From: Klebsormidium nitens
Lineage: Eukaryota; Plantae; Klebsormidiophyceae
Length of the DNA stretch: 64,000 nt
Assembly: GCA_000708835.1 (NCBI GenBank)
Contig: DF237433.1
Location: forward strand, 1-64,000
Direction of reading: 5' to 3'
Each line of letters starts with the position of its first letter. Position 1 is the stretch's first letter. Made by a program: the position numbers and the translations under genes. Shown in pieces: positions 11,827-24,000 of this stretch. The notes below the pieces were generated by a model. That model did not search any database and had not been told where the DNA came from. It saw nothing but the letters and a program-made list of their open reading frames with translations.

Positions 11827-14800
11827 CTATCTCTCTACGATACTCTCTTTTGTTGGCGTATTGAGCTGGAATCCCCGATAACCCCGGACTGTGTGCCCCG
11901 GGTTGGCGAATCTTAGCTTGGATGGCTTGTCCGGGCCCTCCAGCCCCTTCTTCTTGCAAGGATCCGCGAACTTCCGATCATTGTGGATCTGTGGCACGTC
12001 GCTGTCGCCGAATCTCACGCCGTCGACCAACCTGTCCGGGTTGTTATATGCGTCCATGAGACTGCGTGTGGACTCGAAAGCCTTGATGTTCATTTTGCCT
12101 TCCTCCTGAAGGAAAGCCGCGAACGGATCGTTTTCCTGCTCCCAGGAGTGCATGTACGCCTTGCTGCTCTCCGGCATGTCAAGAAGCTTCTTCCCACTTG
12201 CGTACCAGTCCTTGGCACCTTGCACCAGAAATACCAATAGCTTCTCGGGCTCTGCCTTCAAGATGTCTTCCAATGCGAGGTCCCGGATTCCATGAAATGG
12301 GTTGTCCGGGTTGTAGCCCGGTTCGTCCGGATAGAAAAAGCGCATTGGAAATACAAGCGTCAAGAGGCGTCGCTTGAGCGCTATCGTCCAGGTCTTCACT
12401 CGAGGAGGGTAGTTGGAGCAGAGAATGTGCTGCAGATGGAACATATCGTGCATAAGCTCGTGAACGCGTTCTTGACACTCATGAAGAAGGCAGTTTTATA
12501 AGGTGGTGAGTAGGTGTCAACGTCCATGGACGGCACAGACGGCTAGGACAGCATAATTCGAAAGCCCTCGAAATCTGGTCTCGGCCCGAATATCTCCATC
12601 GAGGCCCATGGACAGCTGTGCTGTCCATCAAGACGAGGCTCCATCTACAAAATGCGCTTCATGGACGACACAGACGGCTAGGACAGCATAATTAAAAAGC
12701 CCTCGAAATCTAGTCCTGGCTCGAAGATCTGCATCGAGGCTCCTGGACAGCTGTGCTGTCCACCAAGATGAGTCTCCATCTACAAGATGCTCTTCACGGA
12801 CGGCACAGACGGCTAGGACAGCATAGTTGGGAAAAGCCTCCATATCTGGTCTCGGCCCCGAAGATCTGCATTGAGCTCCCTAGAGGACAGCTGTGCTGTC
12901 CATCAAGACGAGTCTCCATCTACCAATTGCTCTTCAAGGACGGCACAGACGGCGAGGACAGCATGGGCGGACCTTGCCGAGAATGCGAAGAGCCTTCAAC
13001 AACAGAGTTGTTCTTTGAAAGTTCTCATATATTAAAGAAAGCTTTCCGAGCACGATTACATCAGCTTTCCGCAGAAAGAAGATACGGCTCCGCCAGCATC
13101 AGATACCGGTGACTTACCAGCTGAGTTGTGGCAAATGTGACGTAATCCGAGTAGAGCGCTCTACTCGTGATAAAGGCCTCTCCGATCAACCGCTTCACGT
13201 TGGCCTCTGAAAACTCATCCGTATCTTCCGTCTCCGAGCATACAGCGAAACGAATGTTTCGTAAACCTGGAAAACAAACGTGTTCAAGACCTTCCGGATA
13301 TCGCACACACCAATAAGACATTCTTAGGCACGATTCGCTGGTAATCGATCAAACATTTATCTTGAGATGAGCTTCGTACAAAAACTAGCTCTATCACTGA
13401 GCGCTTGAAACAGAACGGCAACGAGTTGATATACAGTTGGGCATAATCTTTTTCAAGCGCAATAGCAATCGTCGTTACCGAAGCTTCGTATCCTAGCACA
13501 CATATTTCTGACCGTGAGTTGCTCACCTGCTTCCGCTGGATTTGCAGCACCTTTACCGAGCGGCCGTTGCCCCTTGGACGTCACAAGCATGTCCTTCGAG
13601 ACGTCCTTGTAGAACGGGCCGATCACTCGCTTCAGCATAGCCAACAAAAGGCTCTTTCCCGCTCCGCCCTCGCCGATCATCGTCAACATGACCTGGTTGG
13701 ACGTGTGCCCCGTGATGCCGTATCCAAGAATGCGCTGGAGATAAGCAAGCGCCTCCGAAGTGTGCGTGATTTGACGAAGAAACTCTCCCGTTCTGCCCAA
13801 CGGCGTAGCAAGCCCAGTCGACGGCCACCAGACGGGGAGCTTGAAAGACCACAAAAACTGCAAGACAATACAGAAAAGAACAATAACCAAACGCAATGCA
13901 GGACTTTGCAATTCTCTCAAGCATTTGCATCAACTATGCAATCCAGATGGGTCCGTTGGTAACGTAATTATGGTCATCATACAAAAAAACGCCACATGCT
14001 ATTCGAACTTGTGGCGGGGACATGAAAAGGAGCACATTTCAGAACGTTGGCAGTGTGCATGATTGCTGACAAAAAAGACACTATGAAATGCTTTGCTCAA
14101 GAAGAAGCGGCCCCCAAGTCAATAAAGTCCGGCCAATTCGAGTGGAGTTTCAAACAAAGTTAACAGCAGCCTCAAATACCCACCTTCGGATGGTGTGGCA
14201 CCAGGATACCGCTCTTAAGCAGTATGACTCCGTTTTGAAGAGGAAGCGCATCTCTGTTGGTATTCAACGACTCTTCAAATGCCGTCTCCAAGCAATACCC
14301 TTTCAGAGTTGTCATGATCTGGCTCATCTTGGCGTTGAAGTTGAAGTTCACGAGCTTCTCCTTCGTAGACTTTTTCTCCTCCTCCGCTTGCGAACTCTTG
14401 CCGTCGGCATCCGACGCAGCCTCCTTTTTCTTCTCCTTTTCTTTCTCCGTCTCCTTTTTATACGCCTTGCTAATCTTGTTGAGCTCTCCGCGGCAAATTT
14501 GGCTCGCAAGTCGTCCATTCACGTCCACCCCCCAAACCGATCCGTCATAATAAAACCACTTTTCGTTGCAGAAAACGAGCTTGAAACCCGTGTACGTTTG
14601 CAAGCGGTCGATGATCAATGCCCCTCCTTCATCACCTGGAAGAAATGTCTTCGACTTGTCATTGGCAAGCAATAGATTGGCGAGTGGCAGCCTCACGTCT
14701 GTATTCACGCGCGGCGAGACACTTTTCCTAGGAGGCGATTCGAGCACGACTAATTGCAAGTCATGCATTCGAGATTTTCGTTTCAAAAACAGTCCTTGAT

Positions 14801-16243
14801 CTCGAAGCTCTTCAATTCTTTCTTGAAAGGTTAACACAAGAGACGCATATTGGCTCAGGTCTGCATTATCGCGAAAGTTCTGCTTTCAAGAGGTTGACGT
14901 TGTAAGCAAACCTCGTGCACTTGTGACTGGGGGGCACCGAGGGGCGCACTGGCGGGGTCCCTCGAATTTGACTTCGTCCGCCAAATGGCCGAAGTCATGT
15001 TTTTCCAATTGGAAGTCCGTCCAACTTGGACAAACCTCTAGATCTTTTGACTTGATAGCAACTAGTCATAATGTTGTTTGAAGCACGGCTTACCCGCCGA
15101 AACCGAGAGGTTCTGTCGCAAAAACCAGAGGGGGAGCAGTTCTCGACTCTCGTACAATCGATCGCGATCGCTGTTCAGCGGAGAAGCGTCGGAATAAGCT
15201 GCGGCCACCGGGAAGCGAAGACGCCCGAGTTTTTTGTTTCGCTTGCTGTCGCCAGTCTTGCACCGTTGGCTGTGGCATACGTAGGTGATCTCTGTTCCTC
15301 TTCTGAGCAGACCAAAATTGTTGCTGCTGTGCGGCTGCGCCCCCTCCTCTGCATACGGACACACCCGCCCTCCCACATCATTTCGCCAGTGGTACATCAC
15401 GGCCCCAAAACCGGCAGCCGTGCTCGGCTCCGCCTTCGAGAAGACAGAGGAGTTGTCGCCGAAACTGCTGAGCATGCCTCGCATTGCCTTGACCACGTCT
15501 TGCTGCAGCTCAAGATCCATTAGGTCCGGCGCCTCAAATTCCGCATTGGCTCTCGCGCTAGGCACGGGCGCACTGGAAAGCTCGGGTGGCCCTTTCGAGC
15601 GTTGCCCAGAACGCCTCGACACCCGCTCGTTGAGAATCTCGATCAACCAATTCGGGAGAGGGGGCAAATCTTTTGCTGGGGGGAGCTCGCCTCCTCCAAC
15701 GACTAAATATCGTGCCGTCTCACCGAGTCGCTCATATGACGACGGGGGGCATGCGATCATGCCGTTTGAGCTAACACCCCTCATGTCGACTCCCACCTTC
15801 TTCAAAACCGCCTTTCTAGATTCCGGATCTCCGACTCTCAGCTCTAGCTTTGCAAAGTGGGTCGGTGTCTCCGCGCCCAGCCCCGACTCGAGACTTCTCT
15901 GATGAGAGAAGTAGATGTGCACTCCCCCGCTGCCCGTGCGCACCCGGGGAGCATCAAACGCGCCGTGCTCGGTTTCCCAGAATGCTAGCTGCTCCATGCC
16001 CCTGTCACCGACGTCAAAGTCGAGCACGACAATTCCGGACGCTGCCGTGTTGATCAGCAGCGTGTTGTCAGAGGGGTGGAAGTAGCGGTTGATCAGGCAA
16101 TTTGCTAAGGTAGATGCCGGCCAATCTCGTGGAGGAACCATGCATTTTTTTCCCTTCTTGGAGTTCCACTTGGTGTTTGCCGTGAATACCACATAGCCTT
16201 TTGCAACCAAGTCGCGAGCCGCAATCTCCTGCACAACAAACAC
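11827..16243 (-). CDS. PrimPol + D5/SF3 primase-helicase with 4 spliceosomal introns (~890 aa); exons ~16243-15094, 14635-14184, 13857-13527, 13266-13118, 12429-11827; true start uncertain
   Basis: Donors GTAAGC, GTGGGT, GTGAGC, GTAAGT and acceptors TTCCAG, TTGCAG, TTCCAG, CTGCAG all have matching phases. Joins read VSAG|DEGGAL, PHHPK|FLWSF, AEAG|LRNIRFAVCSET, TTQL|HILCSNYPP. Motifs VVLDFD, RTGSGGVHIYF, Walker A IGEGGAGKS. Confidence 0.88.
12520..12965 (-). repeat. ~130-bp tandem repeat (3-4 units) inside intron 4 of primase-helicase 2
   Basis: gacggcacagacggctaggacagcat at about 12530, 12665, 12798, 12939; it is the reverse complement of the dispersed family at 16.4-19.5 kb. Confidence 0.9.
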
Positions 16244-16394
16244 AGGATTGTAACCTTGTTGAAAGCCTACCGCACAAGTTCATCTGACTATGTGACCACG
16301 ACCGACGACTGCTAAGCCGAACCAAACGTACGGGTAAATCTCAAAGTGTTGTCCCAACCGTGGTCGGCGAAATCGAAATCGCGAGCTACTTTCT

Positions 16395-19300
16395 CAAACT
16401 GCTGTCCCAGCCGTCCAAGCCGTCCATGAAGACGAGTTCGTAGATGAGACTTCCTCTACATGGACAGCACTCCCGTCCTTGGTCGGCAAAACCGAAAAGC
16501 AAGCTGCTTTTTTAAAGTGCTGTCCCAGCCGTCCAAGCTGTCCAAGAAGACAGCTTTGTAACTGCGACTCCCTGTAGATGGACAACACTCCTGTCCGCGG
16601 ACGGCCTAGTCAACATCGTCAGCTATTCCGAAGTGCTGTCCATAAAGGGGAATTGAGTGAAGAGGGACGCTCCTTCAGCTGCACTCGAGTAAGTTCAACT
16701 CACCATTGCACTTGCTCCCATCACTCTTTCTTGGTCCGCGAGACGATGGTTCTGAGCGGAATCAACCGGCAGTGGACAATCGTCCAGCATCTCCTTGTCC
16801 GATGCCGTCTCCTCGTCGTCCGTTTCAGAAGATTCGTCGTCCGCACCTTCGCAATTATCACCGCACTCTGATGAAGCCGAGTCGGAACTGCCCGGCCCCT
16901 GCATCCAAATGGTAATATTGCTGAGGCAGCCTGTCACAAAAGGCCCAATGCTTTCCGGAGCCGAACAGGTAAACTGCAACAGGTTTTCGAGAAGGCATGC
17001 CATTACAGCAAGGTGGGTGTCGCATAAAATTTTCGCCGCGGCTGACGAATTTCCTTCCTTAAACGGGTTTAATGTGACATATGGAAGCACGGCCCTTGGG
17101 AGCAACTTGACTGGAGATGGGCAGATTGTGTTTGTTTACGACAGGCCTATCCAATCGGTGGAGGTTATCAAATTGGAGGGTCCAGACCAGCGCACCTGGG
17201 CCAAGGACGATGAAGACTTCCAAGATTCTAAAGGCTTGTCGCGTGCAGAACACAGCTACCCCTGAAGCCGCTCATTAGAAGATATCTTACACATCCTCCT
17301 TAGCTTCCAAAATTGTCTGAGACGGCGACGAATAGACACACGCAACGATGCATCCTTACGCTAGCATCCTCTGCCCCCATCACTTTGATATTGGCAGTCG
17401 AGTGTGCTCCTTCAACCCGACTTGCCGTCTGCTCGCTCGTCGCCCCTCCCTCATTCTCTGATTCGCCACTATGCTTGCGTTTTCGGCCCCGCGCCTGGCC
17501 CGCAACTTCCTGCATCAATCGCACACATCGTCACAAATCAGATCACACCGGATGATTAGCTTTTTCAAGGCCAATGACGGTGGCAAAGCCGAATCGAAAT
17601 TGTGAGCTATTTCCGAAGTGCTGTCCGAACCGTCCAAGCTGTCCATGAAGACAAATTCGTAGTTGAGAGTTCCTCTAGATGGACAGCAGTCCCGTCCGCA
17701 GGCCGGCGAGGCCGGAATCGATATTGTGAGCTCCTTCCAAAGTGCTGTCCGAACCGTCCATGGAGACGAAACTGTAGTAGATGGCGTCTCTCCATGGACA
17801 GCACTGCGGTCAGCGCTTGGTGGGTCTCTTTGGCGGCATGACTGTCGACAAGAAGAACTACAAGATTGGAAGATTCTGAAAGCGCTGTCCATGCTGTCCA
17901 TGCCGTCCATGGACACGAAAACTGTAGAAGATGACGCCTCTCCATGGACAACACTGCTGTCAGCGCTTGGCAACATGGATGCATTGATTTCAAACCAATC
18001 TGACCTGAGGCGCAGATCCCCCCACTCTAATTGAAAAAGTAAAGCTCATCTCAAAGCAAACGTTAAGAAGATTACCCACCATCTGATCTGCTCGAAGCTC
18101 TCTTCTCTGGTCCGCACGACGATGAGCATGGGCAGTTTCAACTGATGGGAGGCGGTTGTCACTGTTTCTAGCAGAAGACGCTGCTCGTTGCGACGAGGCT
18201 TTGGAGTCCTGCATGAAGGAAGTGCATGAAAGGTTGCCGCTTTTTGATTCCCAAAAGCTGGCACCAAAAAGTTGCAGGAATTGCCGGCCTGGATTACACA
18301 GCAGACCGCAAGAGCACGCTGCACCTTCTCGAGACTTCAAGCTATTCGTCGTAACTCGGGTATAGCTTTAAAATTCTGAACGTTGTGGCCAGTATCGTGT
18401 TGAAAGCGACTTTTTGCAGTGAACCCCACAAGGCTCACAAGGCAGACAACACCATCGTCCATCAAGACGGCCATTCTATTCAAAGAAACAGCCTCGGTGG
18501 ACTGCACGGACAGCCAAGACAACACTCTCGAAATCTCAAAGGATTTCAAACACTGTCAACGATCGTAGATTCTTAAGTCAGGACCGCGGAGCCGGACAGC
18601 ACTGCCGTCCATGGAGACAAAAGTTATTTTAGAAAGTGTCTCCATGGACACCGCGGACAGCGTGGACAAGACTTTGCAAATTTCACAGAAAGCCACAATC
18701 CACTGAGTGGAACGAGATTTTAGTAAAAGTAGCTCGCTGGAACTTGAATCACCCAGAAGTAGGGATGCTTGAGGCGCCGGGGCTTCAAACAATTTGTAGC
18801 CAGTATTCGAGGCAGGAAAAACTTTAAAGCAGTGCAATCACCTACAAAGAAGGGACCTGGCTGGGTGGCAAAGGGAGCTGTATTCTGCTTCACTGGGCCC
18901 CACATCGTGGACCAAGAAGCAAGCAGCACTTGGGGGACTGACCTTATCTACTGAACTCAAGACTCCATGACTGGCAGCGGTCTTCTCTAAAGTAGGCCCC
19001 CAGAAGATGAGTGTAGCAAAACACGTACCTGCGCAACGGTTGCATGAGAAGAATGCACCATAACCTGCCCAGGGTCTTTTTCACCACCTGTTCCCTGAAA
19101 CTTCTCCTTCGACATGACACAATTTGGGAGCGCCGCAGCCTCTGATGCAGGGTGGTCGCCATTTACTAAGGCTCCATCTCCACCATTCATGAGTCCACTC
19201 AAGCACAGGGTTCTTCTCAATGCTTTATCCGTTCCTCTAACAATGTTACAAATCAGACCCTTGAGGAATATCGCTCATGACGGAACTCTTCAATGCCTTC

Positions 19301-19545
19301 TCGCTTCTCATGCGAATGCAGACCAAAGATTGAAAACTTTGCCGCCCTAGACAGCTGGAAGACAAGGTCACAAGATTATCACTACGGCGACTAGGCCCTT
19401 GGTGGCTAGCCCAACTAAAGCAAGATATTCAACCACTTTTTTGGAGAGTTGCGGGAAGTGCTGTCCGAGCCGTCCAAGCCGTCTACCTTAGCGGAACTTG
19501 TAGATGGACTCGACACTCGATGGACACAGTGCTGTCTATGAAGAC
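16395..19545. repeat. Dispersed 70-90 bp semi-palindromic repeats (agtgctgtcc...ggacagcact)
   Basis: Copies at about 16400, 16515, 16630 (partial), 17615, 17740, 17880, 18595, 19458; inner inverted arms such as ccatggagacg...cgtctctccatgg. Confidence 0.85.
16795..17265 (+). CDS. Hypothetical protein between hairpin-repeat clusters
   Basis: 156-aa ORF with a Ser/acidic N-terminus; no motif recognised. Confidence 0.35.
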   Translation: MSDAVSSSSVSEDSSSAPSQLSPHSDEAESELPGPCIQMVILLRQPVTKGPMLSGAEQVNCNRFSRRHAITARWVSHKIFAAADEFPSLNGFNVTYGSTALGSNLTGDGQIVFVYDRPIQSVEVIKLEGPDQRTWAKDDEDFQDSKGLSRAEHSYP

Positions 19546-19989
19546 CTTGATCTGCGGGCTTGATATTCGGAATATTGAAGTTTTCAAGAACTCTGGGACT
19601 GTCGAGGCGCTCCTGTGGTTTTTGGATCTTAAGAAGTTGGAAATGAGGAAAGTTGGGAATGAGGATTTTGATTTGAAATTCTGGATTTTATAGGCTCGCA
19701 GACGGGCAGCTCCTGCGGTCCGGTCCGGTCTCCAGGCCACTCATGCGCGCACGTACGAGCCCCGAAAGGCCAGAATTTTCCCTCGGTCCGGTCCCGAGGC
19801 CACGTACAAGCCCCGAAAGGCAGGATTTGTATCGGACCGAAGGAGACACTGGGAAGGTGGCAAGAATGCTGAGTCGGGCCGAAATACGTACGCAGCTGCC
19901 ACGTACGGCACGGCGTCTGCTATTCGTCGGACCGTCCACCCCCAAGTTAGCGGGTCGGTTTGCCCATCCGGACCGTTTTTGGGGACCGA

Positions 19990-20095
19990 GGCGCGGTGCG
20001 GCACCGGGTCTCGCCGAAAAGGGGTGACACGTGTATGGTTGTCCATTTTATGCCGTTAACAGATTGTTATTTGCCCACGTGTCCCCCCTCTTCCA
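19990..20095. repeat. Left copy of an ~80-bp direct repeat (partner at ~25090-25175), with an internal inverted arm
   Basis: gcggcaccgggtctcgccgaaaaggggtgacacgtg...ttttatgccgttaacagattgtta; the arm cacgtgtccccc at ~20076 is inverted to ggggtgacacgtg. Confidence 0.75.
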
Positions 20096-21044
20096 TTTCT
20101 GCCGGTGGCCTTGAGATTCCGCTATGGGTTCCGTCCGACCGGGTCTGTTCCCGAGTGGGACATTCTTGAGGGCCGAAATATGCGCCTCGCACATTTTACC
20201 ACGTATGCTGCGTAGGGCCCGATACGTATACGCGATTTTTGGCCATATGTGGACGCATTATTGACCTCCTCGCCCAAACTTGGCCTCGAATGCAGCGGAC
20301 AAGTCCAAGTTGCGGTTTTCTAAGCTTGGACCCACAGCTTTACAGAAAATTTTAAAATGAGATCAACGTCCTCCTTTGCTCGACCCTACTGACCTTTCAT
20401 CGGTTTGCATGGTGCATAATTTTTTAGGAAATTGCGGCTGCCGCACCGTCAACTGCATCAAGAATATGTGGAATGCTAAGCTCGCCATGCTCATGCACAT
20501 CTAACATGCGGCATTGACTCGCACGTAGCTTGTCTAATGTGTTGCATGCATTGACGGAACTTCCGGTGATCAAAGGAGCTGCTTTGGCATGTCGATCAAA
20601 GATTTCTAAAGGCATACATCGAAGTATAAGTATGTGTCGCTCCTTCGTTCTAAAACGCGTCTTATTGCACTTGATACCCATACAAGCTCACCATTCTCCT
20701 GCCCGCTAAATGCAAGATGCTCCCATATGCATGCGGACTACTCTCCGGAACGATCAAAGCCCACCCCTCAGAGACATGTTAGAATTGACATACTCGTACG
20801 TGCGCTTATCAAACCGCCTCTACCGTTCGCAAATAAAGATGTGAGGTATGTGAGGCATTCAGGCTGCTCACAGCCGGAATAGTGCACACGGAGGATCCAC
20901 AAACGTTGTAAATAAGTCTGTATCAAAGACAGGAGCTGAGTCAAGATGTCCACATTGATTTGTTCCATCTGACGTTGCCCTTGTGCAGCAACCAGATGTC
21001 CCGAGCACCACCCTCGAGGCGAAAGAATGGCGCGTCACGGCTCC

Positions 21045-24000
21045 TCAAAAGCTGACTTCAAGTGCAAACTGCTTAACCGCGTTCCTCACTGCCGCAATCC
21101 CAGTACACTGCTTGATTTCAGATCCCTGGAACTTCATGAAGGAGTCGGAGGGCAGGGTAAAGCAAAGCTCAACAGCCCCGGGCCCGTTCTGCTGGAGGAA
21201 CTCGATGGCCTTCTTCAACCCAGCGCCTTTCAGGTCGTGCCTCTTGCTAACCGTTATCTGGAACAAGACGTTCGGCTGCACTGCAGAATCCACAGACTCG
21301 TTTGTCCTGCTCCGGGGTCTCAAATACTGCCCGTTTTGCTTGCCCTGAATATCTTGCCAACTGTCAAAGATGAAGGGGGCTGCACCAGGAGGAGGGTTAA
21401 GAATCTTGATCGAGGTGGTCAACAACGGGTCGGACAGCTCCCTTATCCTAAATCGCCCGCCCTGGATTAGTCTGGCGTGGCAGAACCCCTCCCACAGGTT
21501 GCCCCTCAGAGCTCCGACGGAGCCCTCCCCTTCTGATGAGCTCAGGAACATTCTCAGGTTTTCCTTCTCATTCTTCCAAAGTTGATACGCAACCCTATGG
21601 GTCACGTAGACCGAAGCCATCTCCATCACGGTCGTCTCGAAGTCTTCCCGGACGCGAAGATGGAGCAATTTATGGCTCGCTTCATTGGGAGCCGCTTCTG
21701 ACCCGACTGACTCGACGAGAACCTTCAGAGACGTGCGGCAGATGGCCTGCTCGAGGAGAGCCTGAGCATCCGAGTCCACCTTCTCTAGAACAAACCGCGG
21801 TATGCCACCCCATCTGCAGGATCAGGAGGATCTTGCAAAGCATCAGCGACTTTTGGATAGCATTCAAAGGACCTGTCCATTATAGATCGCAAGAAATAAG
21901 AATAGCATTCGAAGGACCTGTGTATCATCGACCCCATGAGAGCATGCGATTCCTAGGAGTAAAAAGCAAAAGCTTTCCTGACATATTCTGATGTGAATGT
22001 TCCTCGATGGAGATATAAGCAACCTGCAAGTCCGTACCTGTCGTACCGGACCTTTGACTCGTCAGGATCGAGATCTGGGAAGACGCCTGCTTGACAACTC
22101 TCCAGTTCCTCCCACGTCCACACGTCCATGTAGCGCATCCGATAACCCCCCGTTTTCCAGGGCTCCTGCCAACAACAAGAAGGGCATATAAGCTTCCAAG
22201 ACAAACCACCAAGCAGATCGTCAGATCAAGCCTTGACGAGTCCAAGAACTTAAACGTACAAATCTTGAGAGGTTGCTGCTTAGGTGTCCACAAAATTCCA
22301 GCATGCCTCACCTTGTAAATTCGTGGATCCGGGGATGTAACCAGGACCATCTGTGCCCCGTCTGGCATGTCGCCAACGTCCATCGGGTTGAGACCGTCTA
22401 CCAGATACCTGCAATCAGCAGAAGCTTTTTAGATCGATTTTGTCCCAGTTGTGAAACCCCAGAAGCAACATTCTACCGGGCTCATACAGCAATTGCAGAG
22501 CAACAGATACAAACAAATTATGCTTCAACATGCGACCACATCGTCCAGAATCACACATACCTCACTTCGGGCCGGCTCAGCTGATCTGCAAGGGACTTCT
22601 CGTCCAGCAGAAAGCATCCGTCTTTCGTAAGCAGCGTCGGCCTTGAACAGAATCCCCGCTTGACAACCACGACAGGCGGTGGCGGGTCTTCAGTTGCCCA
22701 CTGGTACAGGAGCAGGTATCCAAATATAGATTTCCCTATTCCTGCAAGGAAACATACTCGGCTACACTTTGTGCAGTCTGGATGCGGCCTCAGAATCTCC
22801 AAAAGAGGCGAAAGTAAAGAGCTCACGGAACATAGCCCAAACCCCTTCTCAGAGACAAAAACATGTGCCTTTTTCTCACCTGGGTTGCCGATGATCGCCA
22901 CTGCCCCGTTCTTTTTCTTCCCCTTGCTATCTTCTTGCGCAAACAGCCTTGACACTTCCCTCTGTAAAGATGGATAGCAGGCTCGAAGGTACAACTGGCT
23001 GCCGAGCTTCGCTTTCCCTAGAAAGTTGGTCCCCTTAGCAAGTGTCAAGACCTTTCCATCATCGGACCAAGCGGCATGCGGCAGAGCCGCCCAGAAGTCC
23101 GACAATGCTTGCGGAGGCACTGAAACTGCACAGGAAAAAAGAAAAGTTCCTTCCAGTAAGCACGATTGTGCAGTCGAAGGGTCTTCAGACTTGCACCGTA
23201 AGGTGATCTCAAGCAACCTTACCAAGACCAGCAGACGCCTCTAGGCAAGGATTGCACAAGCAGGCTGACCCTCCCATTTTGTGTAGCAGCCCAGCTCAAC
23301 TTGAGGCGGCTGGATGACGGCCAACCTATGCGCAAACAGACGCTCTAGCCCAGCCAAGAATCCAATATCTGCAGGTACTCACTGTCTGCAGAGGTACTTG
23401 GCCCAGCGGTTGCTGCACAAGATCAACAGCATTTGTCAAGTACCATAGAAGAGGCTTCCGCAGATGCCAATCCAAGCGTTCCGCTTCCATCCAGCCGCAG
23501 CGGCCAAGCTGACAGTATCTTCCTGCCCTGTCCTTGCAATCAACGCTGTTGCACGATTCTGCACAACTTGCGGGCTCGTCAGCATCTGAGCATGCGCCTG
23601 ACCCAAGCACAGATAGTCATTATGAGCCTGACTTCCTGCTAGAAGCAGCAAGCTGATTGGTGCACTCGCACACGCCGGGCAATGTCTTGCAGCAAGCAGA
23701 GGTTGTAGTGCATGCTTCTGCCAGGCATCTTATGTGGCGGATGCTCAGATCAGGGAGAACGTACAATCATCCCAAAGAAAGAATGAAATACCTGGCCTGG
23801 CAGGTGAAATGCACTTGCACAGGTTTTATGTCAAGAAAATGTTGTTGTTGACAGATGAAAGCCTTCTGACTGGGTGTCTTTTGGGAGGACCATGCTCCCA
23901 TAAAAACCAACGAACCGGAGGGGTGGTGTACATCACTGCGTCTACCATGACCCAGAGAGCTCAGGCACTCTGCCCTATTGTAGGCATGCGCAACTTCAAT

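Larger units (their letters stand above)
3000..19690. mobile_element. Endogenous virus-like island (two PrimPol-D5 helicases, two tyrosine-recombinase-like genes, MC1-like gene, internal repeats); boundaries approximate
   Basis: Tightly packed, mostly intronless ORFs with large-DNA-virus-type domains. It looks more AT-rich than the flanking host genes (by eye). The island-specific repeat families were not seen outside it. No terminal repeats identified. Confidence 0.7.

Noticed and set aside
14172-14837. Stand-alone 221-aa gene
   Set aside because: Its 5' part is intron 1 and the rest is exon 2 of primase-helicase 2.
18556-19350. Decayed RING/Zn-finger-like gene (PNCVMSKEKF..VHSSH)
   Set aside because: The Cys/His spacing is incomplete and no consistent spliced frame could be built.
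3000-19700. Complete Polinton/Maverick, virophage or giant virus with terminal inverted repeats
   Set aside because: No capsid, protein-primed PolB, A32 ATPase or RVE integrase was recognised, and no matching inverted termini were found by eye.
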